Assembly: GCA_050950765.1 (NCBI GenBank)
Contig: JBMNIF010000002.1
Span: 320,001 to 384,000 of the forward strand
Source of the DNA: Bdellovibrionota bacterium
Lineage (GTDB): Bacteria; Bdellovibrionota_C; UBA2361; JAAYZI01
Reading direction: 5' to 3'
DNA length: 64,000 bases
Shown here: positions 1 through 9,216 of the stretch, piece after piece
Layout of the letters: each line of letters opens with the position of its first letter
Numbering within the stretch: position 1 is the stretch's first letter
The notes under the pieces: model-generated
What the model was told of the DNA's origin: nothing
What the model saw: the letters and a program-made list of their open reading frames with translations, nothing else
The model's database searches: none
Program-made: the position numbers and the translations under genes

Positions 1-967
1 CTGCTAAAAACGGGTCTCTAAACAGATATATAAATCCATTCCCAATCTTATATTTTTTATATCTTAAGTACGTTTTATTATATTCAATAACGTTCCTGCT
101 TGTTTCTATTCCATCATAGTCTATAAGAGAGCTATTTCTACGCAATGGAATAACAAAGCTAAGTTTATTCTCTATAAGATCTTTAACGTTAGACTCTGAA
201 TAGAAACCCTTATCTGCAATAATAGTAGCATCACCAATTTCTGATTCTTGGATAGTTAAAGATAGAGCTTTTACATCTCTTATATTCCCAGCCAATAACC
301 TATAATAGACTGGTTGTTGCAATTTTTTAGAGTAAATATAAAGCAAACTCGCCTGCGTTTCCCAAAAATGGTCTTTATTATATCCTCCTTTAGCAAGACT
401 CGACTTTCTCATAGATGTTCTAAGAAATGTAGAATCAATTAACAAAAAATCTTTTCCATGAATAAAACTCTTCATATATTCAGAACGAGCAAATTCATCT
501 TTCCCAATCGATTGCAAAATATTCGGAATAGCTTTCTTATTAAGAAGAAAATTAAGTTTTTCACTCAACATACTGTTTTCAAAATCATCATTCATGCGTT
601 TAATAGGAGAGCAATGTTTGATCCTGCTGTATGACATCAGCAAAATAGCCTTCCACTTATCTGGAAAATAACACCGAAGTCTTTCAATAATTGTTTTTTG
701 ATTGAGGATAAATTGAGATAAACCATACTCTCTGCACTTAATATTCACAGCAGGTACAAGGCTTCTCTTCTCACTTGGTATAAAACCGTCCTCTTCTGTA
801 ATTCGTCCAAGTAATTTACCAGTAACTTTCACGCTCCTTTTCCTCTCAGGGTCATACTTATAGCTGTAGCTATATAGGTAATATCTCCCATTGATAAGAC
901 GTACCTCTTTTCCTTTCTCTCGATATTTTGTTGCCCAATCAGGGTGTATTTTTGCTTTCTTTCCCAT
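1..967 (-). mobile_element. DDE transposase (IS1634/IS4-like), 3' end runs off the window
   Basis: Manual translation from ATG at 967: MGKKAKIHPDWATKYREKGKEVRLINGRYYLY...LLIDST...PVYYRLLAGNIRDV...IIADKGFYS. Open to position 1, so absent from the ORF track. IDST and ADKGF are DDE catalytic motifs. Confidence 0.9.
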
Positions 968-1053
968 ACCTAAATACGTATGTCAAAACAACAAAAAAGT
1001 CAACCCCCTTTTTTGTTAATTTTTAAAAAATTTCTATAGGTTATAACAATATG

Positions 1054-1506
1054 TTACTTTATTGTTACGTAAATCACAGAAAAGTTTGGGATTGAGACAA
1101 TTGTTGTTGAATATGTAGAAGAAAGAAGTGGAGCTTTATCTTTATTAGAAACAGGGGTGTTAAAAAGCTTTAAAATAGATTCGCCATTATGGTCAGTTAA
1201 AGTAGGCATCTCTTCTTTAAGACCACCTACGTTAAGCCCAGAAGAGGTATTATTATCAAAGGTAGCGATATCACCACCTAAAAAAACGGAGTTCCCAGTA
1301 GACATCCCAAAAGGAAGAGAAAGAGGGTTTATCTTTTTAAAAGCTCTGTTCTTTAAGGTGTTATCTAATGAGCTACTTAATGAAGCAGCAGATAAAAAGC
1401 TAGGGGCTAAAAGCGAAAAAAGGGTAGCTACAATAAGATGCTTTGTTACAACTTTACTACTGTTACAACAATTCAATCTAATTTTCTTAAAGATCCTACT
1501 TATCAT
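1054..1506 (-). CDS. Putative exported protein, probably truncated by the IS
   Basis: GGGGA RBS before ATG; hydrophobic signal-like segment (LIVATLFSLLAPSFLSAA); last ~8 codons lie in the presumed IS end. Confidence 0.45.
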   Translation of the reverse strand: MISRIFKKIRLNCCNSSKVVTKHLIVATLFSLLAPSFLSAASLSSSLDNTLKNRAFKKINPLSLPFGMSTGNSVFLGGDIATFDNNTSSGLNVGGLKEEMPTLTDHNGESILKLFNTPVSNKDKAPLLSSTYSTTIVSIPNFSVIYVTIK

Positions 1507-2024
1507 TTACAATCCCCCATAAAAAAGGCTTTTTGTATTATATTTCTACTTTTCCCAACTGAATACCAAGATATATCAACTAGAAAAGTGTCCAAAGAGT
1601 GGACCATCTTATTTTTCATAATACTATCAACTAACCTTAAAAGTTTTCTTCAACAGACTCTTTAAATAAAAACATCCGCTCTAAAGTATAAGGTATGCTA
1701 GTTAAGTAAATATAATCCCTTCCCCCCTCTTAAACAAACGATAGGAGATAACGTTTGTTAAAGTGACGGTAAACAAACACGCTCTTAGTACTTAGCAGCG
1801 TAAAAATATCAAAAACTTCTGCCGCAAACTTCTTTATCCAGAGGCGCTTGTCTTGCAGCTACCTTTTAAGATTATCTCAATTGCACATCAAAGTTTTAAC
1901 CTTATCCAATAATTGACGACGATTGACGTTTTTAAAAACGCCTAAGTCATTAAAATCAGAACGGTTGCTACCTTTTCAACATTTATCTACTATCTCTTAA
2001 ATACTTCTAATAAATAAATGCTTT

Positions 2025-2774
2025 ATGAAACAATCTTCTAAAGATGTCCTTTTAAATCTCCTACCATACTTCGCAGCAACACTTCTTGCTGCTTCTATTA
2101 TTTTTTTGCAAAAGCCTCCGTATTTTACATCAGACGAAGAAACTTCATTAAAAATGAAGGTAAAGATCTATTCCAGCACACTTTTAAAAGAGGGTGTTTT
2201 ATTGCTTTCCATAACAGACGACTCTCTTGCTAAACCCCTTTCAGACACTCCCAAAACATTACTTAATCTTGATATTTCATCCTATATAGTTGAATTTTTA
2301 ACAAAAAATGGTAAGGGCCTCCCATTTCATCTTCCAAAAAGTTCCGTAGCGCCATTCTCTAAAGACCTTCACGGATATAGGTTTATCTTTTTAATCGAGA
2401 GAGAGGAGCTTCACAAAACACCTTTTTTAATCGTGAAGTTTAAATTACCGAGGATAAAACCTTTTGAATTAAAAGTTTTAGTCCCTGAAATAGATGAAAG
2501 TAATCACATTGAACACCTGCAACAAGCGGCAGTAATTTCAGCTATGATCGGAGAAGGAGAACAGGTCTTGAAGTTTTCAAAAACTTTAATTGCAGAGCTA
2601 CCACTCTCTCCCGTAGGATATTTTTATCAAGGGATCGGATATGAATTACAAAAAAAAGAGGAGAAGGCAGTAGACTCATACCGTGAGGCTTTAGCTCGTA
2701 CAACAACACCCCTTGGAGAGGTTCCAGCATACTTACTCTTTAATAGATTTACGGCGCTAGCTTCGCAACAATAA
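2025..2774 (+). CDS. Membrane-anchored protein with C-terminal TPR-like motif
   Basis: N-terminal hydrophobic helix; C-terminal PVGYFYQGIGYELQKKEEKAVDSYREAL fits the TPR pattern. Confidence 0.65.
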   Translation: MKQSSKDVLLNLLPYFAATLLAASIIFLQKPPYFTSDEETSLKMKVKIYSSTLLKEGVLLLSITDDSLAKPLSDTPKTLLNLDISSYIVEFLTKNGKGLPFHLPKSSVAPFSKDLHGYRFIFLIEREELHKTPFLIVKFKLPRIKPFELKVLVPEIDESNHIEHLQQAAVISAMIGEGEQVLKFSKTLIAELPLSPVGYFYQGIGYELQKKEEKAVDSYREALARTTTPLGEVPAYLLFNRFTALASQQ

Positions 2775-2946
2775 AAAGGACGAAGCACAGTACGGGAAGA
2801 GTTACTAACCTTAAGTTGCAACCTAGACTGTACTGTGCTTCTTACTGTCCATTTCAAGCATCGCCAAGATAAAGGCAACAACCAAATTATCACCTTCCTT
2901 CTGCAAGTGGAGTTATTACGTCGGCTTTCCTCACGAATTCCAACTT

Positions 2947-3408
2947 TCACCAGTACTTTACTTCCAAGACGATTCCGTTTCTCGTTAAACAAAAAAGTTC
3001 GCCGTCTTGAAGGACGTTCTCCCTAGTTTGACCTTTTGGGATAATATTTCCTTCAGATTGACTAAGGATGATCTTTACTTTAACTAGTGTCCGCCACTCG
3101 CTAGGAAATATCCGCTGACTAATGGAGTCTTTTCTAGTGCCCCATTCAGAAAGTATTATCTGGAAGACGTTTCCTTTTCTTAAAACTCTGACTTTGTAAT
3201 TATCACTTCCAAAGATAAAAGTTTTACTCCCTCGGATAGTCTCCCTAAACGATCCCCCACCTTTTAGCGATCTTTTGGTAGGATCTCCCGTCGACAATGT
3301 CAAAGCTCCATCCTTGACTATCCCATACAGCTTAAAAGATTCTCTCGAATCTTTTTTAGACCCTTTAAGTCTTCTAAGCTTTCCAGCAAGTTCAGCACTT
3401 GTTGACAC
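2947..3408 (-). CDS. Hypothetical basic protein
   Basis: 153-aa ORF, GTG start 7 nt after an AAGGAG RBS; no recognisable motif. Confidence 0.5.
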   Translation of the reverse strand: MSTSAELAGKLRRLKGSKKDSRESFKLYGIVKDGALTLSTGDPTKRSLKGGGSFRETIRGSKTFIFGSDNYKVRVLRKGNVFQIILSEWGTRKDSISQRIFPSEWRTLVKVKIILSQSEGNIIPKGQTRENVLQDGELFCLTRNGIVLEVKYW

Positions 3409-3455
3409 ATTATAGCTCCTTTCTTCTTAAAACTTGTGTGACGAACTAGACCAAC

Positions 3456-3503
3456 AAAACGGTGTGCCTTAAATAGACCCTCAGATCCAGCTAAGGCACA
3501 CTG
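3456..3503 (-). terminator. Intrinsic terminator-like hairpin upstream of the 2947..3408 gene
   Basis: Minus strand CAGTGTGCCTTA...TAAGGCACACCG followed by TTTTGTT. Confidence 0.55.
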
Positions 3504-3767
3504 CTTTGCACGGTGCGAAGTTCATCATTTTAAGAGGTCAGGAAAGTCCTTTTTAAAAACCTTTTCTCCCGTACCGTACCCGTACGAAGTATCACACGAA
3601 GCAATCCATCGTACCGATCCGGTATTTTATCCACATCTACACCGCCAAACTTATACCAGAGTAACACAAAAAAATCCTTTTATAGCACAAAGTAGTTTAA
3701 TATTTTATTCTTCTTAAAATATTTGATTTTTTAAGTCAGAACGGTATATAAAATAGTCTTTATTCGT

Positions 3768-3843
3768 GCCAACTTAGCTCAGCTGGTAGAGCACGCGATT
3801 CGTAATCGTGAGGTCCAGAGTTCGATTCTCTGAGTTGGCTCCA
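3768..3843 (+). tRNA. tRNA-Thr(CGT)
   Basis: Acceptor stem GCCAACT/AGTTGGC, anticodon arm CGCGA-TT CGT AA-TCGTG, T-loop GTTCGATTC, encoded CCA; 76 nt. Confidence 0.97.
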
Positions 3844-3862
3844 TTTTTTCTCATCGCTCATC

Positions 3863-4420
3863 ATGGCAAACGTTATTGTATTACACGGCACGGGTGGATC
3901 TCCTGAAGATTTTTGGTTTCCATACCTGAAAAATGCTCTGGAGTTGAAGGGGCATAAAGTTTGGGTACCACAACTTCCAGATCCTGAACATCCGAGTGTT
4001 GAAAATTGGCTCCCTTTTGTATTGAACAGTGGAGAGATATCGGCAGAGACAGTGCTTGTCGGTCATTCAGCGGGTTGCCCTCTAATCTTAAGCATCCTCG
4101 AAAACATCTCTGTAAAAATAGCGAAGGCGATTTTAGTAGCTGGTTTTGCTTACTACTTAGATCCTAAAGTTGAAGACCCCATTGTTCAGAAAAGTTACAA
4201 CTGGCACAAAATTCGGGAGCACGCCAAATCAATCATTATGATTAATTCTGATAACGATCCTTGGGGATGCAACGATAAAGCAGGACGTTACATCTTCGAT
4301 AATATCGGAGGCACCTTGATAATACGTCACGGCGAAGGACACATGGGTTCTCTATCATACAATCAACCGTATCGAGAATTCCCTTTATTGGTGGATCTTA
4401 TCGAAAGTAACGGGATTTAA
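3863..4420 (+). CDS. RBBP9/YdeN family alpha/beta hydrolase
   Basis: VLHGTGG, FWFPYL, GHSAG nucleophile, SDNDPW and EGH motifs. Confidence 0.9.
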   Translation: MANVIVLHGTGGSPEDFWFPYLKNALELKGHKVWVPQLPDPEHPSVENWLPFVLNSGEISAETVLVGHSAGCPLILSILENISVKIAKAILVAGFAYYLDPKVEDPIVQKSYNWHKIREHAKSIIMINSDNDPWGCNDKAGRYIFDNIGGTLIIRHGEGHMGSLSYNQPYREFPLLVDLIESNGI

Positions 4421-4481
4421 TCTGTTAAGCACCCGCACAGAAAATTAAGTAAGGTATCCCAAAATTCAATTAGCCGCCTTC

Positions 4482-5438
4482 TTAAGGTAGGGGGCGCCAG
4501 TTCCATGTTAGAGCCAGTCCAGCAGCTGCTAAAATTAACGATATTACAGGCGTTAAGACCCAACCTATTGCAATGTTTTTTAAGAACTTCCGATTTAATC
4601 CCCTCGGATTACGTATCAGACCGATTCCCACAATAGCCCCTATCAGAGCTTGAGTGGTACTAACGGGAACTCCAACGTAAGCAAATAAATGCACAGTAAC
4701 TGACGAAGCCGCAACAGCGATAAGCGCAGTAAAACCGTTTAAACGCATGACATCATTTCCAACTGCCAGCATCACTCTTTTCCCAAAAGTTATCGCTCCT
4801 AAAGCGATGGAGATTCCTCCGATTAAAGCTAAGTCAGAATCCGTAATACCATACTGTGTAAATTGTTGAGAAAATACCCCTACTGCGTTAGCTACGTTAT
4901 TTGCTCCTAGTGCATAAGCACCGTAAATACCGAAGAAAAGTAAGGCAAGCCAGATAATCTTATCTCTTGTCAACATACTCATCGGTATAACTCTTAATCC
5001 TGTGCCGATAATATAATAAAACGGAAATGAGAGTAGTAACGCACCTAGCGGAGTTGCCACCCAGCAAATAATAATTTTACTAAAGATATCCCAATGGATG
5101 GTATTATTAATTAACCCGATCCCAACGATCCCTCCCACCATCGCTTGCGAACTACTAACAGAGAGTTTTTTTATCGTCATGTATGTAATGGTCAGAGCAG
5201 CAGCACAAACTATAACCAAAGTAGTATGCAGATCTTGATCAATCAAGTTGCGATAGGTTTGAATCCCCGCCTCACCTTGAAGATACGCACCAACTATGAC
5301 CGCCAATCCGCAGATAGCTGCAGCAGTCCTAAAAGACAACACCCTTGACGCTACGGCAGTACCGAAAACATTAGCCGCATCATTTGCACCAAGTGCCCAC
5401 CCGAGAAATATGCCACCCAATAATTGCGGCGGAAACAC
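4482..5438 (-). CDS. pit: PiT family inorganic phosphate transporter
   Basis: GANDAAN and GANNVAN signatures, PVSTTQA, multiple TM helices. Confidence 0.93.
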   Translation of the reverse strand: MFPPQLLGGIFLGWALGANDAANVFGTAVASRVLSFRTAAAICGLAVIVGAYLQGEAGIQTYRNLIDQDLHTTLVIVCAAALTITYMTIKKLSVSSSQAMVGGIVGIGLINNTIHWDIFSKIIICWVATPLGALLLSFPFYYIIGTGLRVIPMSMLTRDKIIWLALLFFGIYGAYALGANNVANAVGVFSQQFTQYGITDSDLALIGGISIALGAITFGKRVMLAVGNDVMRLNGFTALIAVAASSVTVHLFAYVGVPVSTTQALIGAIVGIGLIRNPRGLNRKFLKNIAIGWVLTPVISLILAAAGLALTWNWRPLP

Positions 5439-5440
5439 GG

Positions 5441-6082
5441 CTAAATACTCCTCTTAGCTATAATGATACGGATCCTGTCTGCTACATTGTGTGCTCGATC
5501 ACTAACCTGCGCTAAATTATGAATTAAATCTCGCATCAATATTTTACGAACCCCCTCTAAATCACTAAGAAAAACCTGTTCCGTTAATGTAGCCTCTATA
5601 CGATCAGCTTCACTTTCCAATTGATCAACCTTTCCCAAGAACTCAGCTGCTATCTTATAATTAGTAAAAAGTTTTGCGGATGCCTCCAACAGCTCTGAAG
5701 CAGCTTCTGCAGAAACTTTAGCTAATGTCAAAACACCTGGTTGAAAGGCAGGCGGTATCGTAAGGTGGTGCGTTTGCATCATCCAAACTGCCTTTTCCGA
5801 TTGGTTTGCAATGCGGTCTATACTCTCCACAAGTGCTAAAATATCCCCCCTTGATTCTGGGAAAAGTGCCTTAGCATACATTAGAACTTCTATCTCACGC
5901 CTAATGTCATCAGCTTTTCTTTCATGTAGATGAACGTCTCTGACACTATCTTTTAAAAACGAACTATCGTAATCCCCACTACATTTTTCTAAAGTTTTTA
6001 TCATCTCTGAGACTGTAGCCCGAATCTCATTCTGATATTCCGCTAAAAGAGCTTCAAGGTGTTTCTGTTTTCCCCAGATCAT
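5441..6082 (-). CDS. DUF47 family phosphate transport regulator (PhoU-like)
   Basis: Two ExxAD repeats (ERKADDIRR, ESEADRIE); directly upstream of PiT. Confidence 0.9.
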   Translation of the reverse strand: MIWGKQKHLEALLAEYQNEIRATVSEMIKTLEKCSGDYDSSFLKDSVRDVHLHERKADDIRREIEVLMYAKALFPESRGDILALVESIDRIANQSEKAVWMMQTHHLTIPPAFQPGVLTLAKVSAEAASELLEASAKLFTNYKIAAEFLGKVDQLESEADRIEATLTEQVFLSDLEGVRKILMRDLIHNLAQVSDRAHNVADRIRIIIAKRSI

Positions 6083-6165
6083 CTATCTAAATCCTTTCTA
6101 CAAAAAAAGGTGCCTACTTATTATAAGGCACCCTATTCTTTACGCTTCACCACACTAAATAGACG

Positions 6166-7638
6166 TTATCTCCAACTTTCCATTATTACTAAAACTTTTC
6201 CTAAGATCTCTTGCGCCCGATCTTCTAAACTTGCTTCAGTATAACAACGGAATTCAGGAGCATTTCCTGATGTCCTAAGATGAATGACTTCACCATTTAT
6301 AAAAGTAATTCGTAAACCGTCAGTAAAATTAACCCCTCTTACCTCGCCACACAACTCACAAAAATACCTTTTAATCTCTGGATACCGTCCCGCCTCCTCG
6401 CCTGAAAGTTTTTTTAAGCATTCCCTACTTCTTTCAAAGGGGAACTCTTTTAACCTACCACTCGCCGTAAAGCGGGGTGGTAACATCTCTCTTAATTTTG
6501 AAAGTGGAATTCCAAGTTTTGCCGAAAGGCTTAGTAACGCCAGATGCACAATTATAGCGTCTCTCGTTGGTAACGCCTCTAAAACACCTCCTTCAACCTC
6601 GATATCATTATATTGTAGAAAGCCTCCGTTTGCTTCATAGCCAACGATCCGTTTCCAACCATCACGCGCCGCCTCTTCCATCCCCGCAATAACGTACGGC
6701 GAACCTATTCTCGTTCTATAAACTTTTTTAAAGCCAACCTCCTCCACAGCGCTATTACAGGAAACAGGTGTTACAACGGCATCACATTTTAAATATTGTG
6801 CCGTTAAAATTCCCGCCAGATCTCCACGAAACCAAGAGCCGTTTTCATCACTAATAAGTGGTCTATCACTATCACCATCAGTGGAGATAATAGCGTCCAA
6901 GTGGTGCTCATGCGCCCACTCCTTTGCTAGCCTAATCTCTTCCTCGCGGATCGCCTCTGTATCAACAGGGATAAATTCCTTAGAACGTCCTAAAGAAAGA
7001 GCCTCTCCCCCTAACCCTGTGACGATCTCCAACATTAGTTCTCTACCAACTGCCGAGTGTTCATAGACACCGATGCGACGTCCTTTAAGTAAAGTTTTAG
7101 GAAAGTTTTGTAAAAAACGTTTAAGGTATAAGCGCCTAGCTTCCTCAACTATCGGAACGCCCTGAATCGGATTTATAAGCATTTCATTATCATCAAAGAG
7201 GTCTGCAGGGATCTCAACACCTTGCGCCAAAATTCCCTGTTCATCTTCTTTTGAAATTTCGCCGCTAATCTTTGTAAATTTTATTCCGTTTCTATCAGCC
7301 GGAATATGACTCCCCGTAACCATTACGGTCGGAATCTTTTTTGTAATCCCGAACAACGCCAGCGCAGGTGATGGGATATGTCCACAATTAATAATTGCAT
7401 AACCGTGCAGCTTAGCAGCCTGCATGGCAGCAGTCATAATTCTAGGTGTGCTTGGTCTCAGATCCCCAGCGATAGCGACGGTACGATTCTTTAATTCGAA
7501 TTTCCCGCAATCAAGGTATTGTAAAAAAGCTTTAGTGTAAGAATATGCCACCAGATCGGTTATCTTAACACTTAAACCACGAGCTCCACTCGTTCCAAAA
7601 GCAACTCCGCTCTGCACCATTAAATCTGAAATCTTCAT
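6166..7638 (-). CDS. Phosphomannomutase (phosphohexomutase)
   Basis: FGTSGARG, TGSHIP phosphoserine loop, DGDSDR metal loop, GYEANGG, RTSGNAPE. Confidence 0.93.
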   Translation of the reverse strand: MKISDLMVQSGVAFGTSGARGLSVKITDLVAYSYTKAFLQYLDCGKFELKNRTVAIAGDLRPSTPRIMTAAMQAAKLHGYAIINCGHIPSPALALFGITKKIPTVMVTGSHIPADRNGIKFTKISGEISKEDEQGILAQGVEIPADLFDDNEMLINPIQGVPIVEEARRLYLKRFLQNFPKTLLKGRRIGVYEHSAVGRELMLEIVTGLGGEALSLGRSKEFIPVDTEAIREEEIRLAKEWAHEHHLDAIISTDGDSDRPLISDENGSWFRGDLAGILTAQYLKCDAVVTPVSCNSAVEEVGFKKVYRTRIGSPYVIAGMEEAARDGWKRIVGYEANGGFLQYNDIEVEGGVLEALPTRDAIIVHLALLSLSAKLGIPLSKLREMLPPRFTASGRLKEFPFERSRECLKKLSGEEAGRYPEIKRYFCELCGEVRGVNFTDGLRITFINGEVIHLRTSGNAPEFRCYTEASLEDRAQEILGKVLVIMESWR

Positions 7639-7783
7639 ATAACCTCTACTAAAACGTTTAAGTCTTAACTCAGATTACCTATTTAATGATAAAAATAACA
7701 GTGCTTTTTAGTATCTTAGCCTCTAACACTCCTTAATAACTCTATAATCTTCTACTTAAAGAGAAAAAGAGGTTACTTAAAAC

Positions 7784-7813
7784 AAAAAAAGGCAACCACA
7801 TCGGGGGTCGCCT
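7784..7813 (-). terminator. Intrinsic terminator after the 7844..8161 gene
   Basis: Minus strand AGGCGACC...GGTTGCCT hairpin followed by a T run. Confidence 0.7.
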
Positions 7814-7843
7814 CTCTCAGATATAATATTAAAAATTAACCGT

Positions 7844-8161
7844 TTACGCTGCCTGTAAAGCCTCTCTAAATTCAAAGATTAATTCCAACATATCTTTAAA
7901 ACCGGAGTGCCAGCCAAGATTTCGAATACTATCTTCTAAACGTCTACGCGTCAGCGCCTCTAACTGAATCAGGTCTCCGTAGCTAAAATTAGCCTCTTCA
8001 AAAACTTCTCTTAAATTTTCCAACTGATAAATCTGTAACGATGGGCTTGTTGCGATGATAGCCCTAACATTTTCCAACTTTTTGGCATTAATACTTAAAC
8101 AATCCGTTTTTGTTCCACTGAATACCTTTTGCCAACCTTCTGAATTACTATTGTATTCCAT
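7844..8161 (-). CDS. Hypothetical protein
   Basis: 105-aa ORF with GAGGGG RBS and downstream terminator. Confidence 0.7.
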   Translation of the reverse strand: MEYNSNSEGWQKVFSGTKTDCLSINAKKLENVRAIIATSPSLQIYQLENLREVFEEANFSYGDLIQLEALTRRRLEDSIRNLGWHSGFKDMLELIFEFREALQAA

Positions 8162-8456
8162 TTATTCCCCCTCTATTATCTTCAAGGAGCGTTACTCAAA
8201 AATAAAGTAATACCGCTTTAGCTAAGTACGAATCCTAACTATCCCCCTCCCTGATCCCAAAAATTGTACAATGATAATTGATTTTTATATAACTACATGA
8301 TTTTTCAATGTGTTATACCTAAAATCCCTTGTTTCTTATAGGGCAACTATGACATCTAAGTAAATATTGTGGTTTTATGTTATATTTATCTGAAGCAACC
8401 TCTCTTAATCATTGGATTCTAGATCGGGTGAGGTTTCTCAAAAAAACGGTTTGCCA

Positions 8457-9209
8457 ATGTCAAAAAATAGAGTTCATATATTTTTTTATATATTTTTAAT
8501 TAATTACTTCTCTCTGTTTGCACCTTATGCAGCCGCTCAAACTCACGCTTTATCACAGGAAGAGATTGCAGCATTAGCAAAACAACTTCAGTTGGACGTA
8601 AGTAGTCGCCATATGCAACGTATTATCTCTTCGACACCTTATGAGCCCCCTTCAAATGACTATCCAACTAAAGTAATAAAACATATCAGAGGAAACGGTA
8701 AAGGGCGTTTCCCAACACAAGCTGAATACGAAAAAGAGTTCAGAACCCTTTGGGAGAAAGCCGAACAAGAAGCTGCCTTAAACAGAGACACAGAAGAAGA
8801 GTTGGAAGAGGGCGATATATTTTCAGTATCATCAGGACAGGAAGAAATTTTAGGGGATTGTCCAAAGAGTTTAACAGAAAGAACCGTTATCGCTGATAAA
8901 GATTCTCCTAATGCCGATACCGTTGTATACGATATCCTTTGGCTAAAAAACGAGTCCCAACTTCCGAAAGATCTGGTAGCAGCTTTCGGAGAAAATACCG
9001 TTGTTAGGTATTATCGTCCCTTCTCTCCTGACGCTCCCACAAAAACAGCGGTAGGACTGGGGGTAAATTGCCTCCCAACGCGGATCCGTGCCACAAACAG
9101 TGTAGTTTTTAAAGACGAAGGGCTTAATGCTCTTTTAAATTATGATAAAAATTTCTACGGTAGAGGTGTATTGCACCCATCAATGAAAGAGATTTTAGAG
9201 AAGAAGTGA
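8457..9209 (+). CDS. Exported protein, weakly TraW-like C-terminus
   Basis: Signal peptide ending AAA-Q; C-terminal LGVNCLPTRIRA resembles the TraW LGIxQVPARV motif. ATG at 8457 preferred to TTG at 8412. Confidence 0.5.
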   Translation: MSKNRVHIFFYIFLINYFSLFAPYAAAQTHALSQEEIAALAKQLQLDVSSRHMQRIISSTPYEPPSNDYPTKVIKHIRGNGKGRFPTQAEYEKEFRTLWEKAEQEAALNRDTEEELEEGDIFSVSSGQEEILGDCPKSLTERTVIADKDSPNADTVVYDILWLKNESQLPKDLVAAFGENTVVRYYRPFSPDAPTKTAVGLGVNCLPTRIRATNSVVFKDEGLNALLNYDKNFYGRGVLHPSMKEILEKK

Positions 9210-9216
9210 GGTTGCT

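Noticed and set aside
3535..3555. RNase P RNA (AGGAAAGTCC resembles the P4 5' strand)
   Set aside because: No matching 3' P4 strand or other RNase P conserved blocks before the tRNA, and too little space.
3627..3635. DnaA box TTATCCACA (and TTATACACA at 28631-28639) as an origin
   Set aside because: Single isolated boxes; no cluster and no dnaA nearby.
8290..8315. Two near-consensus IHF sites upstream of the TraW-like gene
   Set aside because: Each has a mismatch, the DNA is very AT-rich, and no sigma54 element was found nearby.
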